Of a DNA stretch of 64,000 nt, positions 28,356 to 37,951 are shown piece after piece (within the stretch, counting starts at the first letter, position 1; every line of letters begins with the position of its first letter). The notes beneath the pieces were generated by a model. That model was not told the DNA's origin and made no database searches. It saw only the letters and a list, made by a program, of their open reading frames with translations. The position numbers and the translations under genes are program-made. The DNA comes from Candidatus Poribacteria bacterium (GTDB lineage Bacteria > Poribacteria > WGA-4E > WGA-3G): the NCBI GenBank assembly GCA_028820845.1, contig JAPPII010000004.1:20314-84313 (forward strand), read 5' to 3'.

Positions 28356-29441
28356 CTAAATCTCAGGCACTCGGACCGCTACCTCTTTCTGTGCTTTATG
28401 CGATCGGAAGATACCATCCATAATCACATTTGTGAGCAGGACCCCTTCTGGTGGTATTGGCGACGGTGCGTCTGCTTTGACGGCTTCACGGAACGCGATC
28501 ATCTGTGCCGCCCAGTTATCTTCCTCTGGGAATCCTGAGAACCGAATCGTCGTCATTCCTTCCGGCGGGTTCGGTTCCGCTGTCAACCCTTCCGATTCAA
28601 CAAACTTCTTGAGATCCCCGCTGTATGCATCGGCGTAGACAACCGGTCCATCCAACGAGATCCCCGCTTTTTGACCAAGATGGAAGTTGCCGCCGAGAGA
28701 ATCCTGATGCACCGCCCAGGAGATTTTGAACACCAGCACGCCACCATTTTCAAACCGGACCCACGCCACACCGAACTCTTCGACATCCATGATACCGCGG
28801 AATCTCGGATCTTGCTGCGAAATGTAATCCTCGGTGATAGCAGAGACGCGCACGGGTTTCGGATACCCCATCGCATACAGCGATCTGTGCATGTTATAGA
28901 CACCGATATCAACGGTTGCCCCCGCGCCTGCTGTCTTTTTGTAGATGAACGTATGTCCCGGATTCCCACGTCGTCTGCACCCGGCAGATTCGGAGTAGTA
29001 GATGTCGCCGAGCAAGCCTTCATCGATCATCTTCCTTGCGAATTGGAGTCTCGGACTAAACGTCGGGTTGAGACCGATTTGCAGGATTTTGCCGGATGCC
29101 TTTGCTGCGCGGGCCATAGCAGTCGCATCGGGTAGCGTCGCTGCCATCGGTTTTTCACAGAGGACGTGTTTACCGGCGTTCAGTGCAGCGACGGTGGGTC
29201 GACGGTGTCCTTGATTATACGTGCAGACGCTAACTGCATCCAGTGCGTCCATTTCGAGCATTTTATTATAGCTGGAGAAGGCGTGCTTTCTGGGGACACC
29301 CCACTCGTCAGCGGCTTGATTCGCCTTACTTTTGATGATGTCGCAGACAGCAACAATCTCGAAACCCCCGACTTTCGTATAATACTGCTGGTGCGCACGC
29401 GAAATGCCACCCGTACCAATGATACCGACTCGGACTGTCAT
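28356..29441 (-). CDS. Gfo/Idh/MocA family oxidoreductase, copy 2 of the tandem pair.
   Basis: MTVRVGIIGTGGISRAHQQYYTKVGGFEIVAVCDIIKSKAN... Confidence 0.85.
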   Translation of the reverse strand: MTVRVGIIGTGGISRAHQQYYTKVGGFEIVAVCDIIKSKANQAADEWGVPRKHAFSSYNKMLEMDALDAVSVCTYNQGHRRPTVAALNAGKHVLCEKPMAATLPDATAMARAAKASGKILQIGLNPTFSPRLQFARKMIDEGLLGDIYYSESAGCRRRGNPGHTFIYKKTAGAGATVDIGVYNMHRSLYAMGYPKPVRVSAITEDYISQQDPRFRGIMDVEEFGVAWVRFENGGVLVFKISWAVHQDSLGGNFHLGQKAGISLDGPVVYADAYSGDLKKFVESEGLTAEPNPPEGMTTIRFSGFPEEDNWAAQMIAFREAVKADAPSPIPPEGVLLTNVIMDGIFRSHKAQKEVAVRVPEI

Positions 29442-29864
29442 ATTATATCACCCCATGAGCAGAATTGAATTGACATAAGAGTGTAGACGAAACCGGTTTG
29501 CAATGCAAGCGAAAAATAATCCATCATTTGTATACTTTGCAGACGCGCCACTTTCACTTCTAACATGCCGGCTCTTTCTTCCTGTAGGAGCGAGCTGTGC
29601 TCGCGACTTTTTTATCTCCCGATTTAAAAACTAATCTTCACCAAAATTAGTAGGCGAGGTTTCTAACCTCGCCGGTTCTCAGTCCACGATATAAACATTT
29701 CCCATTCATGCTTGCTCATAGTGCCTTGATAATTCTAAAATCTACTGCAACGACCTTCGGAAATTTGACACTTATTTGCATATTGTGATATACTTTGTAT
29801 ACCAACAGCCAAAATCAAACGTTGTATTTTCTATACATATACTTTGCTGGAAGGGACAAAATTT

Positions 29865-31271
29865 ATGACAGAGGCACCGTACAGCATCTTTGATTCACGC
29901 ACTCCTGACGATATCCACCATGAGATTCAAAAGGTTTATCTTGAAAACGCCCGACCATGGGTCATCGGATACAGCGGCGGAAAAGACTCGACGACTGCAC
30001 TTCAACTGATTTGGTATGCCCTTGCTGAATTGCCGCCAGAACAAAGGAAATATCCGGTCTACGTGATTTCATCTGATACATTGGTTGAGACACCGGTGAT
30101 TGTGAGCTACATCACTGGCACCTTAGACCGTATCGAGACGACTGCCCGCGAACAAAAGATGCCGTTTCAGACGGCCCTCGTCCGTCCAAAGACGGAAGAT
30201 ACCTTCTGGGTGAATCTCATCGGCAAAGGTTACCCTGCCCCGTATACACGCTTCCGGTGGTGTACGGACCGAATGAAAATCCAGCCAGCGAATCGGTTCA
30301 TATTGGAAAAAGTTGCTGAACACGGTGAAGTTATAATGGTTCTCGGGGTTCGCAAAGGTGAAAGTGCAACGCGCGATCAAGTCTTAAGTTTGCACCGTAT
30401 GAAAGATTCGCTCCTTTCACGACACACGACGTTACCCAATGCTTTTGTTTATACGCCTGTGGTCGATTTTACCATGGAAGACGTGTGGATGTATCTGTTA
30501 TCCAATCCCTCCCCGTGGGGCGGTGATAATCGACAGTTGGTGACACTCTATCGCAACACGAGCGCGGAAGGTGAGTGTCCTTTGGTGGTTGACGAGACAA
30601 CGCCATCTTGTGGAAACAGCCGCTTTGGATGCTGGACCTGCACTGTTGTAACAAAGGATAAAGCGATGGAAGGCCTAATTGATAGCGGGGAAGATTGGAT
30701 GCTACCCCTGCTTGAATTCCGTGACTTTCTTGCTGAGACCCAAGATCCTGTAAGGAAACCTGAAGTCCGCGAGCATCGTCGACGGAATGGACAAGTTATG
30801 ATCCTCAATAACAAACTTGTCCACGGTCCCTATACGTTGGACTTTTGCAAGGAACTCTTAACAAGACTTCTCACAACCCAGCAACAGGTTCGTAGAGACG
30901 GACCTGACCCAGATATCAAACTCATCACGGACGACGAGCTCGAAGAGATACGCAGGATCTGGCGAACCGAACGCCAAGATTGGGAAGACGCTGTCCCACA
31001 AATCTACACTGAGATTGTTGGAGACCGCGATTGGATCGTTGATAATACCCTCTCCTTTACTGAAAAGGATAAAGATATTTTGGAGGCGATCTGCAATGAA
31101 AACGGAATCCCTGTTACCCTTGTTGCAAAATTATTGGACACAGAGCGACAGATGGATGGAATGAGTCGACGTGCTGGAATACAATCCCGAATTGACGAGA
31201 TATTCCATGAGGATTGGCGTTCAGAAGAAGAAGTCCGGGCCGGTTTAGATAACGGTGATTTCCAACAATGA
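29865..31271 (+). CDS. dndC: DndC-like PAPS-reductase-fold ATP pyrophosphatase (DNA phosphorothioation protein DndC family).
   Basis: PP-loop WVIGYSGGKDSTTALQLIW. DndC-type Cys cluster ...ECPLVVDETTPSCGNSRFGCWTCTVV.... The ATG at 29865 is preceded by ggaaggg. A TTGACA-N18-TATACT promoter candidate lies at about 29776-29806. Confidence 0.8.
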   Translation: MTEAPYSIFDSRTPDDIHHEIQKVYLENARPWVIGYSGGKDSTTALQLIWYALAELPPEQRKYPVYVISSDTLVETPVIVSYITGTLDRIETTAREQKMPFQTALVRPKTEDTFWVNLIGKGYPAPYTRFRWCTDRMKIQPANRFILEKVAEHGEVIMVLGVRKGESATRDQVLSLHRMKDSLLSRHTTLPNAFVYTPVVDFTMEDVWMYLLSNPSPWGGDNRQLVTLYRNTSAEGECPLVVDETTPSCGNSRFGCWTCTVVTKDKAMEGLIDSGEDWMLPLLEFRDFLAETQDPVRKPEVREHRRRNGQVMILNNKLVHGPYTLDFCKELLTRLLTTQQQVRRDGPDPDIKLITDDELEEIRRIWRTERQDWEDAVPQIYTEIVGDRDWIVDNTLSFTEKDKDILEAICNENGIPVTLVAKLLDTERQMDGMSRRAGIQSRIDEIFHEDWRSEEEVRAGLDNGDFQQ

Positions 31272-33295
31272 TTATCCACAAGCTCACTCTTAACAATATT
31301 GGTCTGTTCCGCGGGACACAAACTATTAATCTTACACCGAACGGCAAGGGCCCCATAATCCTTATTGGCGGGATGAACGGGGCTGGTAAAACGACGCTCT
31401 TAGACGCAATTCGTCTTTGTTTGTACGGCAGGCGGTCCCTTGGGAACCGCGTCAGCCACAATGAATATTATGACTATCTCTCTTCATTGATTCATCGCGG
31501 TTCTGATTCAACAATACCTTTGAATCACGCTGCTGTATCACTTGAGTTTGAATATGCACACAGTGGAGAAACGAAACAATACCGTATTGAACGCACATGG
31601 CAACGGTCTGGCTCAAAACACCATAGCGTTAGCGAAGGTTTGACAATCTCCGAAAATAACTGGTTGAATACCGAATTTGACGCGGAACATTGGCAGGATC
31701 GTATTTATGAGTTTATCCCTATTGGGGTCTCCCAATTCTTTTTTTTCGACGGTGAGGACATCCAAAAATTGGCAGACGACTCCAAGCACGACCTATATCT
31801 CGCTGAGTCAACCAAAGCGTTGCTTGGGATAAACTTGGTGGAGCGATTACAATCGGATTTGCGTATCTACGCGAATCGTCTCGTGAAGCGTGATAGCCCT
31901 GAACCGGTCCAGAAAGAAATTGTGGAAGTAGAAGCAGAAATTGCTACGCTTGAGTCTGCACTCAGAGATACATACGTACGTGCAGAAGCTTTGGACATTC
32001 AAAGTGAGAAACTGGAAAACCAGATTGAGAGACAAGAATTGATCATTGCAGCCGAAGGTGGAGGTTATGCAGCGAAGCGAGAAAGCCTGAAAGTACAACA
32101 GGGACAGCTTCTTGCTGATATTGAGGCGTTGGAGACTGATATCCGAGACCTATGCGGTGAACTGTTTCCGTTTGCCTTAGTCCCTGATCTGCTCAAGAAA
32201 CTGGAAGATCGGCTCCTTAAAGAGATTGAATTAGACGAATGGGAAGCAAAGAATCTCGCCTTAGAATCTGTCAACACTGAAGTACTTAAGACCTTGGCAT
32301 CTGCCGCATTTTGGGATAGTGTCTCTTTACCTGAACCACAAATTGAAGCAGTTCGTTCCAAAATCACGCCATTCCTGAAAACCCAACTTGAAAAAACAAA
32401 ACGTGAACAACCAGAGACACTTCGCGGCTTCAAGAAGATCCGGGACCGCTCTCCTTCGGAGTACGGTCACCTATTGGAGTGGATTGATGCCTGCCTTAAT
32501 GAAGTGCCTCAAGAATTTCGTGAGTTGAATGATACATTAGCAAAAGCACAATTAGAACTGCAAAAGGTGGATCAGGACCTTCAGAAAGTCCCAGCCGAAG
32601 AGGTCTTGAAACCACTGATCGAAAAATTGTCCCTGTCAAATCAAGAACTTGGACAACTCCATAAAGAGGAACAAGAGGCAGAACAATCTATCAAATCTTT
32701 AGAGTATCAACTTGAAGTGGCAGAGCGAAAATTGGATAAACTGCGTCACACACAACAATTAGGAGAAGCACACGTCCAACGTCAACAACGCGTAGAAAAC
32801 GTGCAATCGGTGCTTTCTGCTTACACAACACGGTTGACCCAAGCTAAAATCGCTACATTGAGTGAGGCCATTGTACAAGGTTTTAATCAACTTTCACATA
32901 AACCCGATCGGATTAGACGCGTTGAAATTGACCCCCTGACCTTTGCTGTGACGCTCTATGATACCCAGAATCGCGCACTACGAAAAGAGAAGTTATCCGC
33001 GGGTGAGAAACAAATTTACACAACTGCCCTTTTATGGGCATTAGCGAAAACATCAGGTAAGGCATTACCGATGATTCTTGACACCCCGCTTGGACGTTTG
33101 GACAGTAGTCACAGACGACTTCTTATTGAACGTTATTTTCCGTATGCGAGTCATCAAGTTGTTCTGTTGTCAACCGACACCGAGGTCCAGGGATACTTGC
33201 GTTCGCTATTGGATCCCTACATTTCGCGTACTTTCCACTTGGTGTATCAACAAGTTGAAGGGTATACGACAATAAAGGAAGGCTATTTTGGGTAA
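31268..33295 (+). CDS. dndD: DndD-like SMC/ABC-type ATPase (DNA sulfur modification protein DndD family).
   Basis: N-terminus MIIHKLTLNNIGLFRGTQTINLTPNGKGPIILIGGMNGAGKTTLLDAIRLCLYG is the characteristic DndD start with Walker A. Long coiled-coil middle region. C-terminal signature and Walker B ...LSAGEKQIYTTALLWAL...PMILDTPLGRLD. The start overlaps the dndC stop (ATGA). Confidence 0.85.
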   Translation: MIIHKLTLNNIGLFRGTQTINLTPNGKGPIILIGGMNGAGKTTLLDAIRLCLYGRRSLGNRVSHNEYYDYLSSLIHRGSDSTIPLNHAAVSLEFEYAHSGETKQYRIERTWQRSGSKHHSVSEGLTISENNWLNTEFDAEHWQDRIYEFIPIGVSQFFFFDGEDIQKLADDSKHDLYLAESTKALLGINLVERLQSDLRIYANRLVKRDSPEPVQKEIVEVEAEIATLESALRDTYVRAEALDIQSEKLENQIERQELIIAAEGGGYAAKRESLKVQQGQLLADIEALETDIRDLCGELFPFALVPDLLKKLEDRLLKEIELDEWEAKNLALESVNTEVLKTLASAAFWDSVSLPEPQIEAVRSKITPFLKTQLEKTKREQPETLRGFKKIRDRSPSEYGHLLEWIDACLNEVPQEFRELNDTLAKAQLELQKVDQDLQKVPAEEVLKPLIEKLSLSNQELGQLHKEEQEAEQSIKSLEYQLEVAERKLDKLRHTQQLGEAHVQRQQRVENVQSVLSAYTTRLTQAKIATLSEAIVQGFNQLSHKPDRIRRVEIDPLTFAVTLYDTQNRALRKEKLSAGEKQIYTTALLWALAKTSGKALPMILDTPLGRLDSSHRRLLIERYFPYASHQVVLLSTDTEVQGYLRSLLDPYISRTFHLVYQQVEGYTTIKEGYFG

Positions 33296-33588
33296 TACTA
33301 AAATTTGGACAGTTCGTTTTGTTTCAAGTTGTGTTTTCCAATACCTCGGTGTTTTTCAGCAAGTTTTCCTAAAGGTGTAGTTCGCCAAAAAACAGGATTT
33401 CGGGTGAGAATATAAGCAACCCTTGCAGAATGCCACACGCGCATTCTGCATTGATTCCGGGGTGACATGTGTCATAAAATCTGAAGTAGGTGTCAAAAAA
33501 TTTGTGTTCAATTCAACTGCCTCACGGGAATTCTTAAAATTGTCCAAAGTTTAGTAAATCTATACACAAGTAGGGAAACAACATATTA

Positions 33589-34575
33589 ATGAAAAAGATA
33601 CGTAAAAGGACAATAGGATCTGTTAAGTCAGAACTTCTTGCTAAGGCACGAGAGGCAGCTTTATGTGCTATCCAAATTTTCAATTCCCCTCAAATTTTCT
33701 TCAAATCAGAGACTTTTATAGTCCTTATGGTAATAGCATGGACCTATATGCTTCATGCTTACTACAGATCTAAAGGTATCGAATACCGGTATTATAAACA
33801 GAGAGGTAAGAGAAAATCCTTTGAGCGAACTAAACATAAATCTTATAGATATTGGGAACTTGAAACCTGTTTAAGGCGTGATGAGTGCCCAATTGACATT
33901 AACACAACTAATAATCTTCTATTTCTGATAGGGCTCCGTCACGAAATTGAACATCAAATGACTCGTTCACTTGATAACTATCTGAGTGGCCACTATCAAG
34001 CATGTGCTCTGAACTTCAATCACTACATGAAGGAACTCTTTGGAGACAGATATGGCATCGATGATCATTTGGCATTCAGCATCCAGTTTATGAAACATTC
34101 GGAGGAACAAATTCTTGGTTCCAAGCCTGAGCCAAATATTCCAGAGCATCTACAAACTTATATTACTGAATTTAATGCTAGCCTAACCGAGGATCAGCGT
34201 AACAGTGAAAATTATGTAATCCGGCTAGTGTTCCGACCAAAGTTAGTTAATCGCCCGGGGCAAGCAGACAAGGTTATTGACTTTGTTAAGCCTGACTCAG
34301 CAGCTCCTTTTGAAGATAACGGGACATTGTACGTAACAACAAAGGAGATCGAACGTCCTAAACTCCTCCCTTCCGCTGTGGCGGCAAAGGTGCAAGAAGC
34401 AGGTTTTAAAAAGTTCAGGACTCAACCAGAGCATGTCAGGATGTGGAAAGCAGAAGATGCAAAGAATCCCAGCAAAGGATATGGCGTTGAAGTGCAAGGT
34501 CAATGGTATTGGTATGAATCTTGGGTTAAACGCTGTCTTGAATTGTGTAAAGCAGCTGGCGATCTTTACCGTTGA
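33589..34575 (+). CDS. Hypothetical protein with a HEPN-like R-x4-H motif; possible abortive-infection-type effector.
   Basis: LLFLIGLRHEIEHQMT contains RHEIEH (Rx4H) inside a predicted helical region. No other family recognised. AT-rich codon usage typical of the island. Confidence 0.35.
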   Translation: MKKIRKRTIGSVKSELLAKAREAALCAIQIFNSPQIFFKSETFIVLMVIAWTYMLHAYYRSKGIEYRYYKQRGKRKSFERTKHKSYRYWELETCLRRDECPIDINTTNNLLFLIGLRHEIEHQMTRSLDNYLSGHYQACALNFNHYMKELFGDRYGIDDHLAFSIQFMKHSEEQILGSKPEPNIPEHLQTYITEFNASLTEDQRNSENYVIRLVFRPKLVNRPGQADKVIDFVKPDSAAPFEDNGTLYVTTKEIERPKLLPSAVAAKVQEAGFKKFRTQPEHVRMWKAEDAKNPSKGYGVEVQGQWYWYESWVKRCLELCKAAGDLYR

Positions 34576-34616
34576 GAGACCAATCGAGTGTTAAATAATC
34601 CTTAAGCCATTCGTAG

Positions 34617-35573
34617 TTACTTTCTAAAAGCTTCCTCACGATGCCACGCCAAAGCATCTTGAGCCGGGTAAAGTGCGTCGTGTTCAGGCAACAATATAGT
34701 CTTCTCGCTCAGTTGAGTTAGCATCCACTCCGTTGGTCTTCTTTCTGACATGAGTACAGAGACAATAACTTGATAGGTCTCGTTCAAAGAAATTAAGCCT
34801 TTGTCAAAAGCCCAATGGTGCAATTTGCAAAGCGAGATTCCATTCCGCACATCGTCATTTCTTGAAATACGAAATGGAATGATGTGCGCGGCATCAGTCG
34901 CACTTTCCCCATCCATTGTGACAATGCGTAACCGACAAACAGCACAAGTATAATCGTACATTCTCATAATTGCTTGACGAAAGCCCGCAGTACGAATTGG
35001 ATTCTCTCTTTCAATTGGTGCTATCGGTTGCTGGGATGAAAATGTCTGTTCGACCTGTCGGATCAGCAACTGTCTGTACTCTCCAATTTGTTGTTCTTCT
35101 GTAATGAGGCTTTTGATCGCTTGCTCGAATTTAGAGAAATAGGTGTGAATAAGCGTTTGACGGAGAACCTCTCGATCTCGCGGGGTAGTGAGCAAAACAA
35201 AAAGCTCATCATCTAAACTTGCGTATGCAACAACTTCCCGAAGGCGGGATATTGATGTAATTCTACTCCTAACACTCAGGGCTTTTTCGTAACCAGCGTT
35301 TGGATGAAGGTGCCAGAAACCTCTGCCCGTTAGATGAAAAAATGGCAGAGCAATATTAGGTTTTCGATCTGTTACTACCTTCGTCCAATATTTCAGGAAA
35401 GTTTCTGCCAAATCTGGAGACAATAGTACTTTATTTTCCTGAATTTGTCCTTGCTCAATCAGTGCGATAATGACTAACAGAAGAAGCGGTTGGTGGGGTG
35501 CCGCACCATGTGCTCGGTCTATCCGCAAGCTTTTGAATTTTTGGACGTATTTTTGTAGGATAGTATTAGCCAT
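34617..35573 (-). CDS. HNH endonuclease with an about 200-aa N-terminal domain of unknown type (possibly a DNA or modification reader).
   Basis: C-terminal HNH: YDYTCAVCRL...DAAHIIPFRISRNDDVRNGISLCKLHHWAFDKG. Confidence 0.75.
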   Translation of the reverse strand: MANTILQKYVQKFKSLRIDRAHGAAPHQPLLLLVIIALIEQGQIQENKVLLSPDLAETFLKYWTKVVTDRKPNIALPFFHLTGRGFWHLHPNAGYEKALSVRSRITSISRLREVVAYASLDDELFVLLTTPRDREVLRQTLIHTYFSKFEQAIKSLITEEQQIGEYRQLLIRQVEQTFSSQQPIAPIERENPIRTAGFRQAIMRMYDYTCAVCRLRIVTMDGESATDAAHIIPFRISRNDDVRNGISLCKLHHWAFDKGLISLNETYQVIVSVLMSERRPTEWMLTQLSEKTILLPEHDALYPAQDALAWHREEAFRK

Positions 35574-35782
35574 CTTTTTACTGATACTGTGTTAAGTAAG
35601 ACTGGCAATTTTCTGGTGTCGGGTGTGAGACCGCAACCTATTTTTCACTAATACTGTGTAGCTTAAACACGGGGTATAAAAGTCTTTGACAAGATCTGCT
35701 CCATCGGAACGATATTCGTATTTTAACGAGATTTCTTTGAGTGATATAAAAGTTTTTCCAAAAAGTTAACTGTTTTCTAACA

Positions 35783-35845
35783 CCACAATTTTAACATATT
35801 TTGTAAAAAAATTCAAAATTTTCCTGACCGCTATCAAAGTCTACT
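35783..35845 (-). promoter_or_regulatory. Promoter/operator copy A, upstream of the HNH gene. Reverse strand reads TTGAAT-N17-TTAAAAT.
   Basis: About 55 bp nearly identical to 37738-37800: cacaattttaacatattttgtaaaaaaattcaaaattttcctgacc against cggcaattctaacatatttcgtgaaaaaatgtcaaaattttcctaac. Confidence 0.6.
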
Positions 35846-35956
35846 AATCCTGAAAATCCTGATTCAGATGATTAACGCCTCCCATTGTAAATGCAGAGTA
35901 GCAATTCTGTTGGCTACACGCCTCTATCATGAAATTAGAATCAATAAAGCCGTAAC

Positions 35957-37219
35957 TTACAAGACTCTTTTCGGTAATTGAACCTGGTTCGTCTCTTGTT
36001 CTAATGCCTTAGCATAATCCTCGCGTAATTTATTTACATCCCCCGAAAATTGATTCAGCATATAGAATAACAAATTTTTAGCGAGCGTCTTACCTTTTAT
36101 GATCATCTTTTTTTTTGTAGGGTGCCAGATGATACCATTATAGGGGACTTGGGTCAGGTCTGTAGGTAATTTTGAAAGCATCTTGAAACATTCAGGGAGT
36201 GGATACTTCTCTGCAAGTACCGCGATGACTTCTGTTAATATCTTGAGACCTATAGGACGAAAAAGGACGCTGCCTCCGTCTGAATGTCTATATTTCTTAA
36301 CAACTGTTGAATTGTCAGATGTATTAGCAAATTCCTGCAAGGGTAAAAAACTATTTGTAAGGCGTTTAAAGTAATCACAAGCATTGTCGTAATGCTGATT
36401 GAGAATCTCATCTGATTGGCGTATTTTCGTGAGTTCATCTTTTTTCTCTTTAAGTGTCTTTCTTTTTGAGAGGACGTATACTTTGGTAAAGAGTATGTCT
36501 AACAGATCGTAAAGATTCCCAATCGTCGTGAGACAGGTCTGATTACTTTTTGGGATACTATCGGGCACATTGTTTAAAATTCGTGGGTCCATAAACATCG
36601 GATTTCCCGCAACCAACCGTCGGACAATAATAGCTATCGTATCGTTCTCATCAAGAGCGATAATTTCTCCTTTTGAAACCCGGACAGCATTTTTATTTAA
36701 AGTCGTGAAAAGCCTCCGGCTCCTTTCCACTCCTTCTATATCCGTTCTGTGCGCGATGAAAATAATAGACAATTCCTCTTCGCCCAATTGTGGGTTCTCT
36801 GTTACAGCTGCTTTAATTCCTATGAGGCGGTGTTGCCCATCTAATGTGAATAGTTTTTCTTCTCCGTTCAGACTTAGAATTCCGATCCCCGCGACTACAT
36901 CTTCTGGAATCTCTTCAGGATCCAATTGGTTGTTGCTCTTGATATGGGTAATATCATACCAGCTGGGGTCGCCTTCATAGGCTGCGACAATCAGCGAATT
37001 AAAAAAACGTTGTTCCTGTTTTAAGAGATAATCTCTTATCTCGTTCCCTCGTTTTCTTTTTATCTCTCGTTGTACCATCTCGCTCAAGGTTTTGCTTTGG
37101 TAAATTTCCTCAGCAATTTTAACCCTTTCAGCGATGTCTTTAAGTTTCATGAGGGTAGGGTAATAGACCCAATCACCCACTATGCCTCTTAGCGACGGAA
37201 GATATAATTTTTCCATCAT
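35957..37219 (-). CDS. dndB: DGQHR-domain protein (DndB family).
   Basis: ...KLFTLDGQHRLIGIKAAV... contains the DGQHR motif. The N-terminus MMEKLYLPSLRGIVGDWVYYPTLMKL is typical of DndB-like proteins. Confidence 0.75.
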   Translation of the reverse strand: MMEKLYLPSLRGIVGDWVYYPTLMKLKDIAERVKIAEEIYQSKTLSEMVQREIKRKRGNEIRDYLLKQEQRFFNSLIVAAYEGDPSWYDITHIKSNNQLDPEEIPEDVVAGIGILSLNGEEKLFTLDGQHRLIGIKAAVTENPQLGEEELSIIFIAHRTDIEGVERSRRLFTTLNKNAVRVSKGEIIALDENDTIAIIVRRLVAGNPMFMDPRILNNVPDSIPKSNQTCLTTIGNLYDLLDILFTKVYVLSKRKTLKEKKDELTKIRQSDEILNQHYDNACDYFKRLTNSFLPLQEFANTSDNSTVVKKYRHSDGGSVLFRPIGLKILTEVIAVLAEKYPLPECFKMLSKLPTDLTQVPYNGIIWHPTKKKMIIKGKTLAKNLLFYMLNQFSGDVNKLREDYAKALEQETNQVQLPKRVL

Positions 37220-37716
37220 TTTAGTCCTTTGATTATGTCTCGTACTTCCGCTGAATATCCTCGTTCAACGAAAGGTGGTGTGAAGGTATCTAATAGCATG
37301 CGCTCTAGCTGTTTTAAATCCATCTCGGTTGGATCTACTTCGACGTAATAAAAATACAGATAGTTTTCCCATGTATTTAGCATAAGGTGAATACGTCTTC
37401 TTTTGGGATGCTGTTTGTAATAGAGATAATCTCTAAATCTTTTTTGTAAGTCCCGCTCGCTCTCATGTCCTGTTTGTCCGAGGTATACTAAATAACCATG
37501 CGCTGGAAAATTACCAATTCTGGGTTCAATGAAAAAAGCGTAAATTCCCTTCTCAGTAGGGATCTTATTCGCGTTGTTTCTTTCAAACTTTACGCATTGC
37601 CAATCTAATGCAATCCGTGGGGCAGTGTAGGTATCCCACTGTTCTTTCCAAAGAAAAAAGGATCTTTGATAAATACTTACATCTTTTTGCTGATCAATTG
37701 GATCTTGGTATACCAT
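37216..37716 (-). CDS. Small GIY-YIG-like nuclease domain protein, translationally coupled to the DGQHR gene by a 4-nt overlap.
   Basis: EKGIYAFFIEP...HGYLVYLGQTGHESERDLQKRFRDYLYY parallels GIY...YVGKAKDLKKRLSSY of GIY-YIG nucleases. The GIY-to-YxG spacing is longer than usual. Confidence 0.45.
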   Translation of the reverse strand: MVYQDPIDQQKDVSIYQRSFFLWKEQWDTYTAPRIALDWQCVKFERNNANKIPTEKGIYAFFIEPRIGNFPAHGYLVYLGQTGHESERDLQKRFRDYLYYKQHPKRRRIHLMLNTWENYLYFYYVEVDPTEMDLKQLERMLLDTFTPPFVERGYSAEVRDIIKGLK

Positions 37717-37737
37717 AACGTCTCCTAAAGCGGTTTA

Positions 37738-37800
37738 CACGGCAATTCTAACATATTTCGTGAAAAAATGTCAAAATTTTCCTAACACTACCAAAATCCG
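37738..37800 (-). promoter_or_regulatory. Promoter/operator copy B, upstream of the GIY-YIG/DGQHR operon. Reverse strand reads TTGACA-N17-TTAGAAT.
   Basis: Same 55-bp element as 35783-35845. Confidence 0.6.
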
Positions 37801-37922
37801 CGTCATCCGTGCAATCCGCGTTATCCGAGATTTGCGGCGTACTCGCCCAAAAGCGACGTGCATTCAGACGAAAAAAAATCCTAATTCCGACAGACAACCC
37901 ATAACTTATAACCCATTTTTAC

Positions 37923-37951
37923 TTGACATCCGTTAGCAAAAAGAGTATAAT
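37923..37951 (+). promoter_or_regulatory. Perfect consensus sigma70-type promoter TTGACA-N17-TATAAT with no ORF within about 500 bp (orphan).
   Basis: acTTGACAtccgttagcaaaaagagTATAATat. Confidence 0.6.

Noticed and set aside
27250-29468. Plus-strand ORFs inside the two Gfo/Idh/MocA genes (27250-27456, 27525-27803, 28432-28638, 28671-29135, etc.)
   Set aside because: They are antisense shadow frames, duplicated only because the underlying genes are duplicated.
29865-33295. A complete canonical DndABCDE phosphorothioation system
   Set aside because: No dndE-sized ORF exists between or after dndC and dndD (the 33296-33588 gap has no ORF). No cysteine desulfurase is in the window. The only DndB-like gene is distal and inverted. 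So it is called Dnd-like or non-canonical only.
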